Notes under the pieces: generated by a model | What the model was told of the DNA's origin: nothing | What the model saw: only the letters and a program-made list of their open reading frames with translations | Databases searched by the model: none | Made by a program: the position numbers and the translations under genes | Part shown: positions 1 through 9,030 of the stretch, one piece after another | How positions within the stretch are numbered: the first letter of the stretch is position 1 | Layout: the number at the start of each line of letters is the position of its first letter | Source: Clostridia bacterium | GTDB lineage: Bacteria > Bacillota > Clostridia > UBA1212 > DUPL01 | Direction: 5' to 3' | Assembly: GCA_050951325.1 (NCBI GenBank) | Contig: JBMNIW010000011.1 | Location: 64,001-128,000 of the forward strand | DNA: 64,000 bases

Positions 1-237
1 GTCACCGGTCCCATGCCATAAGAAGTAGAAGACACCTACATATTTGTCTTCCCTGTATTCTTTGGGAATCCGCTTGTCTCCCGGCATTGCAAGGATTCTA
101 CCAAGATCATCTACGGCAGCGTAAGTACCGTTTTTCTCTGAAAACTCTGTTCTTTTCTTTTCAAATACAGAACAACTTGAAAGAATAATTGCGAGAATCA
201 TAAACAATGACAAAGCCAATGTCGTTTTTCTGTACAT
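1..237 (-). CDS. N-terminal part of a GH99-like family lipoprotein (runs off the window edge)
   Basis: Not in the ORF track. Hand translation: MYRKTTLALSLFMILAIILSSCSVFEKKRTEFSEKNGTYAAVDDLGRILAMPGDKRIPKEYREDKYVGVFYFLWHGTGD. Lipobox LSSC; DDLGR and YVGVFYFLWHG motifs shared with the ORFs at 20614, 22319 and 37362. Confidence 0.85.
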   Translation of the reverse strand, partial: MYRKTTLALSLFMILAIILSSCSVFEKKRTEFSEKNGTYAAVDDLGRILAMPGDKRIPKEYREDKYVGVFYFLWHGTGD

Positions 238-327
238 GTCGCAAGCCCCTTTTCTAACTATTTCTGATGAGTATATATTAATAGATATTTCATAAAGGGT
301 CAACAGGTAGCGATTTGAAAATTTCTT

Positions 328-356
328 GTATAAAAATTCCGAATATTGCAATAATA
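328..356 (+). promoter_or_regulatory. Putative sigma-F/sigma-G forespore promoter for spoVT
   Basis: GTATA-N15-GCAATAATA resembles the sigF/sigG consensus; spoVT is sigG-dependent in B. subtilis. Confidence 0.4.
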
Positions 357-411
357 GACCATGTAAAGTTGTTTTACAAAGAATAATTACAATTATGGAG
401 GACGAGATTTT

Positions 412-963
412 ATGAAAGCAACAGGAATTGTAAGAAGGATAGATGATCTCGGAAGAGTCGTTATCCCTAAAGAAATACGTAGAAACTTCAGAATCAGAGA
501 AGGAGATCCTCTTGAAATATACACAAATGACGAGGGATTGGTAATCTTAAAGAAATACTCCGCAATGAGCGAACTTGCTGACTTTGCCTCTCAGTATGCG
601 GAAAGTCTGGCAAAGACATCGGGATACATTACATGTATTACAGACAGAGATTCTGTTGTAGCGGTTTCGGGTGCTCCAAAAAAAGATTATCTGGATAAAA
701 GAATTACTCCCGAGCTTGAACGGATAATGGAAGAGAGAGTCACTGTAATAGCCAAGAACAAAAGCGAACGCTCAATACCTGTTCTTGAAGGAATAAGCCA
801 TGATGAGTATTCCGCACAGGTGATTACCCCCATCATTTCTCACGGCGACCCCATTGGAGCTATTATCATGCTTACGACCGACACCCAGGCTACAATGGGC
901 GATCTTGAAAGCAAACTGACTCAAGCCGCTGCAAATGTTATTGGCAGCCAGCTTGAGCAATAA
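412..963 (+). CDS. spoVT: Stage V sporulation protein T (AbrB-like N-domain plus GAF domain)
   Basis: MKATGIVRRIDDLGRVVIPKEIRR...GDPLEI AbrB signature; 183 aa with C-terminal PII.GDPIGA. Confidence 0.95.
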   Translation: MKATGIVRRIDDLGRVVIPKEIRRNFRIREGDPLEIYTNDEGLVILKKYSAMSELADFASQYAESLAKTSGYITCITDRDSVVAVSGAPKKDYLDKRITPELERIMEERVTVIAKNKSERSIPVLEGISHDEYSAQVITPIISHGDPIGAIIMLTTDTQATMGDLESKLTQAAANVIGSQLEQ

Positions 964-968
964 GAATA

Positions 969-999
969 AAGGAGACCCGAAATAAGGTCTCCCCTGCTT
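969..999. terminator. Hairpin terminator between convergent spoVT and prsA
   Basis: GGAGACC-cgaaataa-GGTCTCC stem between two stop codons. Confidence 0.7.
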
Positions 1000-1006
1000 T
1001 ACATAT

Positions 1007-2197
1007 TTATTTGTCATCATCTTCGTCGGTGTTGAACATTATTGTAATGTAATCTTCCACACTCTTTTTGATAACATCATCGTTTCTTTCTGTAAGCTCA
1101 TACGTCTTGTCTGTAAGGAGCTGTTTTGTCTGCTTGTCAAAGGTATCGTTCTTGTACCCTTCCAGAACAGTATTCTTTACTTTTTCATCCTCAATGGTCT
1201 TAATCTCTTCACACATCATGACATGATAGCCAAACTGTGTTTCAACAATCTCTACCACATCAGTAACTTCCGTCTGCTTAAGAGCCCACTCCTTGAACTC
1301 CTTTACAAAGTTTGAGTTCTTGGATACATCATAAAGGCCAAGATTCGAAAGGTCTGTATCATCTGAGTATCCTTTAACAAGAGCATCAATCTCATGTTCT
1401 CCAGATTCAACCAGTTGTTTTACCCTTTCAGCCCTTTCAAGCTTCTCAGCTTTTTCCTCATCATCCAATGGCTCGCCTTCCTCGTCCATGGTGGATATGA
1501 GTATATGCCTTACTGTAACAATTCTATAGGTATCTTCATGCTCCTCATAGAATTCCTTGAGTTCGTCATCCGAAGGCTTGAATCCCTCCATTACATCCTT
1601 TGCGTAATTGTTGGCACATTCCTGCTGGATTGCGAGTCTCTTGTAGTCATTGACATTCATGCTGTACATAAGCCTCATCATTTCGTCCCTTGTTTCTACG
1701 CCATACTCCTCTCCATATACTGAAAGGTAGTAGTTGACAAACTCGTTTATGGAATCATATTGCTCCTGTTTTTCCTCATCAGAAAGCTCATGACCTGCTT
1801 TCACACCTTCCAGGTACGCAATTTTGAATAACGAACAAAGCTCCACAGCTCTTTCAACAGCCTTGTCAAGACGGGAAACGCCGTCATCATCCTTTTCGTT
1901 AAGAAAACCCAACATTAGCTCGTATGTTTCTTTTTCAGATGCATCGTCCGGTATTTCGAGGTCGGTATAGTCAACTTCCTTCAATGCATCATACAAAAAG
2001 TATTTGAACTCACTGGCATAAATCTCAATACCACCTATTTTAGCAATATATTCAGTTGTTGCGGGTTCGTCATTTTCCGAAGGATCAGCTGTTGCAGTCG
2101 GAGTAGGGTCGCCATCTTTATCATCCTTGTTGCAGCCAGCCAAAAATGTAACACCCATTACAATAGCAAGTAAAATTGCCAAAACTCTTTTTCTCAT
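1007..2197 (-). CDS. prsA: PrsA-like parvulin peptidyl-prolyl isomerase lipoprotein
   Basis: Start MRKRVLAILL; lipobox LAGC; VRHILI, YSDD, FVKEF, ETQFGYH parvulin motifs. Confidence 0.85.
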   Translation of the reverse strand: MRKRVLAILLAIVMGVTFLAGCNKDDKDGDPTPTATADPSENDEPATTEYIAKIGGIEIYASEFKYFLYDALKEVDYTDLEIPDDASEKETYELMLGFLNEKDDDGVSRLDKAVERAVELCSLFKIAYLEGVKAGHELSDEEKQEQYDSINEFVNYYLSVYGEEYGVETRDEMMRLMYSMNVNDYKRLAIQQECANNYAKDVMEGFKPSDDELKEFYEEHEDTYRIVTVRHILISTMDEEGEPLDDEEKAEKLERAERVKQLVESGEHEIDALVKGYSDDTDLSNLGLYDVSKNSNFVKEFKEWALKQTEVTDVVEIVETQFGYHVMMCEEIKTIEDEKVKNTVLEGYKNDTFDKQTKQLLTDKTYELTERNDDVIKKSVEDYITIMFNTDEDDDK

Positions 2198-2213
2198 GTT
2201 TTTCTCTCCCTTG

Positions 2214-2459
2214 TCATTTTTCAATAATCCTGTACATCTCACCGACTTCGTCTTTCCTGACGGTCTCGGAAACCTTAAGTATCTCAATTTTAGTACTTCC
2301 ATTTGCAAAGCCTATTTCAACCATGTCGCCCACCTTTACATTATAGCTTGCCTTGGCGACCTGCCCGTTTACTTTCACCCTGCCTGCATCGCATGCTTCA
2401 TTAGCTACTGTGCGCCGCTTTATAATTCTCGAAACTTTAAGAAACTTGTCCAGTCTCAT
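2214..2459 (-). CDS. yabO: S4-domain RNA-binding protein (YabO/RqcP, Hsp15 family)
   Basis: MRLDKFLKVSRIIKRRTVANEACDAGRVKVNG. Confidence 0.9.
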   Translation of the reverse strand: MRLDKFLKVSRIIKRRTVANEACDAGRVKVNGQVAKASYNVKVGDMVEIGFANGSTKIEILKVSETVRKDEVGEMYRIIEK

Positions 2460-3109
2460 AAGCATTTATGTTGCTCTATCTTTTCCTCCAGCACATTTGT
2501 CAGCGCAAGAAACGGATCTATGCCTTTTTCCTCAGCTATGGCGCATATGGAATAAAGCATTGCTCCTACCGACTTGCTGTCGGAAAAGTCTATCTCAACA
2601 TCCTGTCCCTCCTTTCTGTGCCCCGCCTTCCTGATTTTCCTTGCCACCTTTTCAGCCCTCATTAGTGCGGGAAGGTTCTTTGGTATATCCTTAAGCTCTT
2701 CATAAAGAGAACTTATTTCCTTCTCCTTTATCTTCATCTTTTCCCAGTTTGCAAGAGCCTCTTTAGGGTTATTGGCAACCACATCTCCAAATACATGTGT
2801 ATGCCTGAATATCATTTTTCTTGCACATTTGTCGGTAACATCCTCAAATTCAAATTCGCTGTTTTCCTCAGCAATAATGCTGTGGAATATAACCTGTAGG
2901 AGAACATCGCCAAGTTCCTCTATTAGTTTGTCCTTATTACCACTGTTGATGGCATCCACCGCCTCGTATGCCTCCTCAATCATCGGCTTTACAAGGGACT
3001 CATGGGTTTGCTCTCTGTCCCAGGGACAGCCCTCGGGTGACCTCAACACTCTTATAATCTCATACAGTTCGTCCAATGTATATTTCTCGTTTGAATCCTT
3101 TATCTTCAT
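2456..3109 (-). CDS. mazG: MazG-family nucleoside triphosphate pyrophosphohydrolase (short form)
   Basis: LRSPEGCPWDREQTHESL, EEAYE, EELGDVLLQV, RHTHVFG; probable start MKIKDS. Confidence 0.9.
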   Translation of the reverse strand: MKIKDSNEKYTLDELYEIIRVLRSPEGCPWDREQTHESLVKPMIEEAYEAVDAINSGNKDKLIEELGDVLLQVIFHSIIAEENSEFEFEDVTDKCARKMIFRHTHVFGDVVANNPKEALANWEKMKIKEKEISSLYEELKDIPKNLPALMRAEKVARKIRKAGHRKEGQDVEIDFSDSKSVGAMLYSICAIAEEKGIDPFLALTNVLEEKIEQHKCL

Positions 3110-3226
3110 ATTCCTCACATTTGCCTTTTTGTTATAAATAACTATAATTATATTGTTAATCGATTGTTTCTTAGGTGTAACTTTTAAAAGTATACCACAA
3201 AACACAGGAAAGGTTGTAAATAAAAT

Positions 3227-3667
3227 ATGTTTTTTTTATATAAATTCATGTCAGAAGCTCTTACCGAGGCTTACAAATGCAAACAATCAGGCGACATTCC
3301 TGTAGGTTGTGTAATTGTAAAGGATGGAAACATAATCGCCAGAGCACATAATACCAGAGAAAGGGACAAAAATCCACTTGGCCATGCAGAAATCAACGCC
3401 ATTTATAACGCAGCAAAACATGTAGGTGACTGGCGGCTTTCCGGCTGCGATTTGTATGTAACGCTTGAGCCTTGCACAATGTGCGCCGGTGCAATTCTCT
3501 CTTCCAGAATCGAGAACGTTTTTTTCGGTGCCTTTGATAAAAAAGAAGGTGCCGCCGGCTCGCACACCAATCTTCTTTATCCTAACGTCAATGTTTACGG
3601 AGGAATAATGATTGAAGAATGTGTGCGCCTTCTGGACACCTTCTTTAAGCACTTGCGCTCGAATTAA
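3227..3667 (+). CDS. tadA: tRNA adenosine deaminase TadA-like
   Basis: PVGCVIV, HAEINA, WRL, TLEPCTMCAGA zinc motifs. Confidence 0.85.
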   Translation: MFFLYKFMSEALTEAYKCKQSGDIPVGCVIVKDGNIIARAHNTRERDKNPLGHAEINAIYNAAKHVGDWRLSGCDLYVTLEPCTMCAGAILSSRIENVFFGAFDKKEGAAGSHTNLLYPNVNVYGGIMIEECVRLLDTFFKHLRSN

Positions 3668-5177
3668 TTATCACATCCATTATGTACCACTCATTATCCA
3701 AGTACGCCAGATAGAATGTAAAATTGGACGGGAATGTGAAAACTTCCTTTTCCGTCTTAATAATTATATGATCAAAGGAAATATCGCAGGATATAAAATT
3801 TTCATTATACATCTGCAGATTTCCCATTTTCACATTCTCGAACTCATAGCCAATATGGTCGGTATACATCCACTGCTGTGTTTCAAGATCCTTGTATACC
3901 ACATAAACCTGCGTGTCAGTTTTCAACACTTTTGACAGCTGCGCCATCTTCAGGTCATTGGCAACAAACTTTGCGTGCATGAAAGCCCTTTCCTCAACTA
4001 TTGGGTAGTACTCTTGTGCAACGTTCTCGGGCACCTGGAATCCCGCCACTGCTTTTTCATTATCCGTTTTTGTCGTAACTTCAAATCCATCATTGTTCTT
4101 TACAACCACCTCAGGGACAATCCCGAGTACCGCAACCTCATATCTGTCATATGTAGGCTTTTCAACATATTTTTCAGGGATGTACTTAAGCTCGTCCACT
4201 TCCACTCCAGTTTCCTTAAGATACTTCCTATCAAGTTTTTTACCGTTAACATAAACATCAAAACCTTGAGGAGCATCTATTAAATACTTTATCTTCTTAA
4301 GGCAAACAGTATCGTTCTCTTCCTCAAGAAGCATGTCCCTGTCCTTCTCATCCCTGACACAGTACTCAAAATCATTGAGTATTCCGTCTACGGCATACTT
4401 GTTGAGTGTTACTCCCTCCACATCGGATTCAACAGTGTCGGTTATGAAAGAAGAATCAACCTTCTTGTCATTTATGTAAACCGCATTGTCTTCAGGTACA
4501 AGGAAAGTAACTTTCTTGTACGAAACACGAAGTTCGTCCCCAAGAACAAGAGGCACTTCTCTGCCGTCATAGTCGCAGACCCTTACATGGCTTTCTCTTA
4601 GCAGACCCAATATGCTATAGTGCTCAAAAACCTTATCCTTGTCCTGCATGCAGAAAAGATTCTCAAAACCGGCATCTTCCTCGCCAATCTCGTGGTCCAC
4701 CCACTTTTTTGATACCTCAATGTCATTAAGGTACACTGTAAATCCTTTAGGAACCTTTATATCTATTCCAATCTCTGTATTCAAAAGCAAATGAGAAACC
4801 GTGTAGCCCTTTTTTTGTTTTTTCAAATTTACTGTCAAAACCGCTTTCTCATCCGCATATATGGAGAACCTCTCACCGGTTCTGGAGTACATTTTTTTAT
4901 AAGTCAACTTCTTTACATCCTTGAAATTCTCTTCAAGGTAATTTATCACGTTTTCCTTATCTTCGAAATCAGTGATATAGAAATCATAGCGGCTGACAAA
5001 ATCATTAAAATCACCCGCTTTAATTTCTTTTACCAGTTCATCCATTCTGCCAACCGGCAGACCTTCCTGATAATCCTTGAGCCAGTCCCATAAATAGATC
5101 AGCGAGACACATATGAAAAAAACAAGGACACCGATTACTATCAATAATATTCTATAAAACAAAGGAATCTTTCTCAT
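3645..5177 (-). CDS. Membrane-anchored hypothetical protein with three internal beta-rich repeats
   Basis: N-terminal TM helix; repeats VPKGFTVYLND, VPEDNAVYIND, APQGFDVYVNG. Confidence 0.7.
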   Translation of the reverse strand: MRKIPLFYRILLIVIGVLVFFICVSLIYLWDWLKDYQEGLPVGRMDELVKEIKAGDFNDFVSRYDFYITDFEDKENVINYLEENFKDVKKLTYKKMYSRTGERFSIYADEKAVLTVNLKKQKKGYTVSHLLLNTEIGIDIKVPKGFTVYLNDIEVSKKWVDHEIGEEDAGFENLFCMQDKDKVFEHYSILGLLRESHVRVCDYDGREVPLVLGDELRVSYKKVTFLVPEDNAVYINDKKVDSSFITDTVESDVEGVTLNKYAVDGILNDFEYCVRDEKDRDMLLEEENDTVCLKKIKYLIDAPQGFDVYVNGKKLDRKYLKETGVEVDELKYIPEKYVEKPTYDRYEVAVLGIVPEVVVKNNDGFEVTTKTDNEKAVAGFQVPENVAQEYYPIVEERAFMHAKFVANDLKMAQLSKVLKTDTQVYVVYKDLETQQWMYTDHIGYEFENVKMGNLQMYNENFISCDISFDHIIIKTEKEVFTFPSNFTFYLAYLDNEWYIMDVIINSSASA

Positions 5178-5180
5178 TTC

Positions 5181-6248
5181 TTACTCCTGTTCATCATCCA
5201 CTCTTGAGACAAGTATGGCTGTTGCCATGCGCCTTGGCTGGTACAAGGAAGCACGGGTGGTTATGATTTCGTTCTCATAAACCATATATGAGGAGGACCC
5301 TCCGTCCAGATTGGCGGCATTCACCGCTCCAAAATCCAGCATTATGTCAATCAAATCCGTATATGTAGCCCCAAGACTGTTAGCCTGCCTTCCATCCACC
5401 ACAAGAAGCAAAACAGCTCCATCCGCCCTTTGTCCGATTGCAGTTCTGGGGTTGTATCCACCGCCGGTGCCCTTTATCTCACAAGGCTCGCCATTAACAA
5501 TGAGAATAGGTCCGAAAGTTACAGCGTCCCTTATTCCCTTGTCCATTGCCTGTCTGGGTGTCATGTATCCTACATTTAATATGTTGTTGTTGTCAAAGCC
5601 GATTACCTCGTAATATTTGTCCATTTCACCCCACATAAGTTTGCCTTTTGATATAACTATTCCAATGGGGATGCCGCCGTTTCCTCTTCCGTTTGTATCC
5701 TCAAAACCTCCACCATTGACAGCACCAATAGCATTGTCCCTTATGGCCATGTCAATGACTCTTACTCCTTCCTTGTCTTTCCCATAGGCAGTAGGTGTGC
5801 CTACATAGACTCTTGAAGGATCGTATACAATCATCATTTTCCCTTTGTAGGTTTTACCGGATACGTCAACAATCTCTATTTTGTTCTTGTCAAATTTGGG
5901 GTTGTCTTCATCGTTGTCATCGTCATCATTGTCATCATTCCAGTCGGGAATTTTGATTAAGTCAGGATTTGTGGCAACGTCAGTTGGAACAACGGAATTA
6001 TCTTGAATGATTCTGTCAATTTCTTCTTTTGGCAAAAACCATGTTGCAAGAAAATGACCTGCACTCGTTTCCATTGCGGAAAGAACCAGCAAATCGCGTG
6101 CAGCTTCGGAAGGACCATAGTGAATTATACTTAATGCTCCCACAAGACCCAAAACAATTACCAATAATACAGAAAAAAAGGCAATAACAACTCTTAGTAT
6201 TATTGTTTTGGGCTTCAGTTTGGGTTTCATATGTACGTTATCCGACAT
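5181..6248 (-). CDS. Phosphodiester glycosidase family (NAGPA/EpsL-like) membrane-anchored protein
   Basis: AVNGGGF, FGPILIVNG, NPRTAIGQ, VDGRQ, AANLDGGSS. Confidence 0.9.
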   Translation of the reverse strand: MSDNVHMKPKLKPKTIILRVVIAFFSVLLVIVLGLVGALSIIHYGPSEAARDLLVLSAMETSAGHFLATWFLPKEEIDRIIQDNSVVPTDVATNPDLIKIPDWNDDNDDDDNDEDNPKFDKNKIEIVDVSGKTYKGKMMIVYDPSRVYVGTPTAYGKDKEGVRVIDMAIRDNAIGAVNGGGFEDTNGRGNGGIPIGIVISKGKLMWGEMDKYYEVIGFDNNNILNVGYMTPRQAMDKGIRDAVTFGPILIVNGEPCEIKGTGGGYNPRTAIGQRADGAVLLLVVDGRQANSLGATYTDLIDIMLDFGAVNAANLDGGSSSYMVYENEIITTRASLYQPRRMATAILVSRVDDEQE

Positions 6249-6278
6249 TTTCCCACCACTTTCAAAAATAATATAAAA

Positions 6279-6303
6279 AGCTCAAAAATATCCTTTCTGA
6301 GCT
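6279..6303 (-). terminator. Probable terminator after the tRNA pair
   Basis: AGCTCA...TGAGCT stem followed by a T run on the minus strand. Confidence 0.45.
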
Positions 6304-6313
6304 TCTTATTTTG

Positions 6314-6388
6314 TGGTGACCCCTACGAGAATCGAACTCGTGTCTCCGCCGTGAAAGGGCGGTGTCTTAACCTCTTGACCAAGGGGCC
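6314..6388 (-). tRNA. tRNA-Glu(TTC)
   Basis: Reverse complement GGCCCCTTGGTCAAGAGGTTAAGACACCGCCCTTTCACGGCGGAGACACGAGTTCGATTCTCGTAGGGGTCACCA; cloverleaf, TTC anticodon, CCA end. Confidence 0.97.
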
Positions 6389-6405
6389 ATAAATATTAAG
6401 TTTGC

Positions 6406-6481
6406 TGGTAGCGGCGGTGGGATTTGAACCTACGACCTACCGGGTATGAACCGGGTGCTCTAGCCACTGAGCTACGCCGCC
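6406..6481 (-). tRNA. tRNA-Met(CAT), elongator type
   Basis: Reverse complement GGCGGCGTAGCTCAGTGGCTAGAGCACCCGGTTCATACCCGGTAGGTCGTAGGTTCAAATCCCACCGCCGCTACCA; lacks initiator features. Confidence 0.95.
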
Positions 6482-6516
6482 GTGTTTTGTGCTCCAGCGG
6501 TGCTGAGCACTTGTTC

Positions 6517-6544
6517 ATTATACCATGTAATAATTATTTGTCAA
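6517..6544 (-). promoter_or_regulatory. Consensus sigma-A promoter for the tRNA pair
   Basis: TTGACA-16 nt-TATAAT with extended TG on the minus strand. Confidence 0.85.
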
Positions 6545-6596
6545 CACCCAATTTTAATTTTTTACGCATCCTAATTTTAAATTATTTGTAACATCA

Positions 6597-8036
6597 CTAT
6601 ATGCGCTTAACAATTATCTTTAGTACGAAAACCACCATTATCAAAACCACCACTATGACCGCAGCGTAAAGAACCTTTTTCCCAATATTATTATCTCCAC
6701 CATTCTCCGGGGTATTGGTTGGTTTATCTGTCTTTTCCGGAGTAGAAGTTTCAGTAACTTTTGGCGTAGGTGTCACGGTAGGCTCAGGTGTTGTCGGCAC
6801 CGGCGTTTCATCCACGTGAGGTTCCACGTTTTCAAAGAAGTCATTTTTAAGCACATCCTCTCCCACAGTGGATCGATACAATCCATATTCACAGGGGCTG
6901 TACTCCGCTATATCGCTGGCCTTGTTTCTTTCTTTTCCGTTGTATACGCCCATAAACCATTTTGTAAACCAGGTCCCGTGTTGTGACTTGTGTTCATTGT
7001 ATCCAAGTTTTGAAACTTCATAAGCAGTAAGTCCACCAAACTTTGAAAGAGGCACATCCCAGTCCATTACAATTCTATTCTCTTCCCACAGGTGAAGATA
7101 CGTTTTTGGCACATCCCAAAGCCCATACTTGTCATACGTCTCCTTGTGATATTCAGGGTCATTGGAAAGTTCAAGAGCTTTCATAAGAGTGAACGCATTT
7201 ACCATATGGGCCCCATGTTTGTACTCACCATTTATGTCATGTCCAACAATAACTTTTGGTTTGAACCTTCTGATATTCTCCACATGAAACCTCGTTACTT
7301 CTTCTTCATCGTACAGAATTAGAGCTCTTTTAAGTACAGTCTCCACATCCTCTCCCTTTTGCCCTAAAGAACCTGCCAGATCAGGAAAATCAGATATTAC
7401 AGGATAGTGCCTTATCCCCACCACCCAAAGACCATTCAAAAGCTCATGAGGCCTTGACTGCGTATCGTTATGGTTGGTCATATACACAACTTGGACTTTG
7501 AGACCTCTTTCCACAGCGTAATATGGAAGGACTCCTGCGAAAAACAAATGCTCGTCATCAGCATGGGTAGACAAAAGAAGAAGGTCCGCCTTATCATGAG
7601 ATTCTTCCCAAACCTGCACCCAATTGGGCAAAATTCCTTCTCCAAACACATATATTTCACAAATCCTTGCACTTTCAGAAAGAGTAATCTTTAATTTCTT
7701 TGTATTTTCAACTTCTACAAATTCATGCAAAAATTCCTTCTCCCCATATGTGTAGGTATTGCCATCTGATTCCATTGTCCATATCGGCGCCTTCTTGTCC
7801 CATATTATGTATATGCCAGCAATTTCTTCTTCGCACTCAATCTCAAACACGGTACCGCTTTGATACCATTCAGAGCCATACTGGCTTCCATCTACAATTA
7901 CATCAACAGATTGGCCACCAGATACCTTAATGTCGCACATCGAGGTAAGGTTCTTGCTTTCTGCTTCCTCACTGTTTGAAACAAACAGACACATGACTGC
8001 CAAAAGAATTGCAAAAGACAAACAGATACGTTTCAT
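6597..8036 (-). CDS. Secreted, C-terminally anchored PIG-L/LmbE-family deacetylase
   Basis: Signal peptide; STHADDE and GEYKHGAH metal motifs; PT-rich linker, TM helix and basic tail. Confidence 0.85.
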   Translation of the reverse strand: MKRICLSFAILLAVMCLFVSNSEEAESKNLTSMCDIKVSGGQSVDVIVDGSQYGSEWYQSGTVFEIECEEEIAGIYIIWDKKAPIWTMESDGNTYTYGEKEFLHEFVEVENTKKLKITLSESARICEIYVFGEGILPNWVQVWEESHDKADLLLLSTHADDEHLFFAGVLPYYAVERGLKVQVVYMTNHNDTQSRPHELLNGLWVVGIRHYPVISDFPDLAGSLGQKGEDVETVLKRALILYDEEEVTRFHVENIRRFKPKVIVGHDINGEYKHGAHMVNAFTLMKALELSNDPEYHKETYDKYGLWDVPKTYLHLWEENRIVMDWDVPLSKFGGLTAYEVSKLGYNEHKSQHGTWFTKWFMGVYNGKERNKASDIAEYSPCEYGLYRSTVGEDVLKNDFFENVEPHVDETPVPTTPEPTVTPTPKVTETSTPEKTDKPTNTPENGGDNNIGKKVLYAAVIVVVLIMVVFVLKIIVKRI

Positions 8037-8056
8037 TCGAACCTCCATAAAAAAGA

Positions 8057-8083
8057 ACCGGAGGTTTTTAATCACTCCGGTTT
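8057..8083 (-). terminator. Terminator after the transketolase genes
   Basis: AACCGGAG...CTCCGGTT stem with flanking A/T runs. Confidence 0.65.
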
Positions 8084-8090
8084 GTTTTTG

Positions 8091-9026
8091 TTACTTTTTT
8101 TTCATTGCTTCCATGGTCTTCTTGGCAATAGCTTCTGCATTCAGACCGTATTTTTCAAGCAGAGCAGCAGGTGTGCCAGACTTGCCAAACTTGTCTTCAA
8201 CACCAATTCTCAGAACTCTGCAAGGATAGTTCTCGGAAAGCGCCTCGCACACTGCGCTGCCAAGGCCGCCTACAATGTTGTGCTCTTCAACAGTTACAAC
8301 AAATCCGGTTTCTTTTGCTGCTTTAACAAGAATATCCTTGTCGACAGGCTTGATTGTGTGCATGTCGATTACTCTTGCATTGATTCCATTCTCCTCAAGA
8401 ATCTTAGCTGCTGCCAAGGATTCCTGAACCATGAGTCCTGTCGCCACCAAAGTTACGTCATTTCCTTCCCTAACTTCAATGCCTTTACCAATTTCAAACT
8501 CAAAATTGTCAGGATCATGAACAGCCTCTACAGCAAGTCTTCCAAGCCTTATATATACAGGGCCGTCATGCTCAATAGCCGCCTTGATTGCACGGTTTGT
8601 TTCTATCTCGTCACAGGGGCTAAGTACTACCATGTTTGGAAGAGATCTCATTACTCCCAAGTCTTCAACGCACTGATGGGATGCTCCGTCTTCTCCAACA
8701 GTAAGACCTGCATGGGTTGCCGCCACCTTTACATTCAATTTGGGATAGCAGATGGAGTTTCTAATCTGCTCACACGCTCTTTCCGATGCAAAGATTGCAA
8801 ATGTGCTGGCAAACACTACTTTGCCTGTGGATGCAAGACCTGCTGCAACGCACATAAGGTTGCCTTCTGCAATTCCCATGTTGAAATGTCTTTCAGGATA
8901 AACCTGTCTAAATGTATCTGTTTTAGTTGACTTTGAAAGGTCGGCATCAAGAACAATAATTCTCTCATCCGCACCGTACTGAGCCAACGCCTTGCCATAT
9001 GCTTCTCTAGTCGCTACTTTTGCCAT
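8091..9026 (-). CDS. Transketolase, C-terminal subunit
   Basis: DADLSKST, GIAEGN, GEDGASHQ, VEEHNIVGGLG. Confidence 0.95.
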   Translation of the reverse strand: MAKVATREAYGKALAQYGADERIIVLDADLSKSTKTDTFRQVYPERHFNMGIAEGNLMCVAAGLASTGKVVFASTFAIFASERACEQIRNSICYPKLNVKVAATHAGLTVGEDGASHQCVEDLGVMRSLPNMVVLSPCDEIETNRAIKAAIEHDGPVYIRLGRLAVEAVHDPDNFEFEIGKGIEVREGNDVTLVATGLMVQESLAAAKILEENGINARVIDMHTIKPVDKDILVKAAKETGFVVTVEEHNIVGGLGSAVCEALSENYPCRVLRIGVEDKFGKSGTPAALLEKYGLNAEAIAKKTMEAMKKK

Positions 9027-9030
9027 ATTC

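Noticed and set aside
2456-3667. mazG plus deaminase as an anti-phage nucleotide-depletion system
   Set aside because: Both look like housekeeping MazG and TadA, are divergently oriented and have no defence-island context
6314-6481. tRNA pair as an integration site for an island or prophage
   Set aside because: No integrase nearby and no duplicated tRNA 3' end noticed in the window
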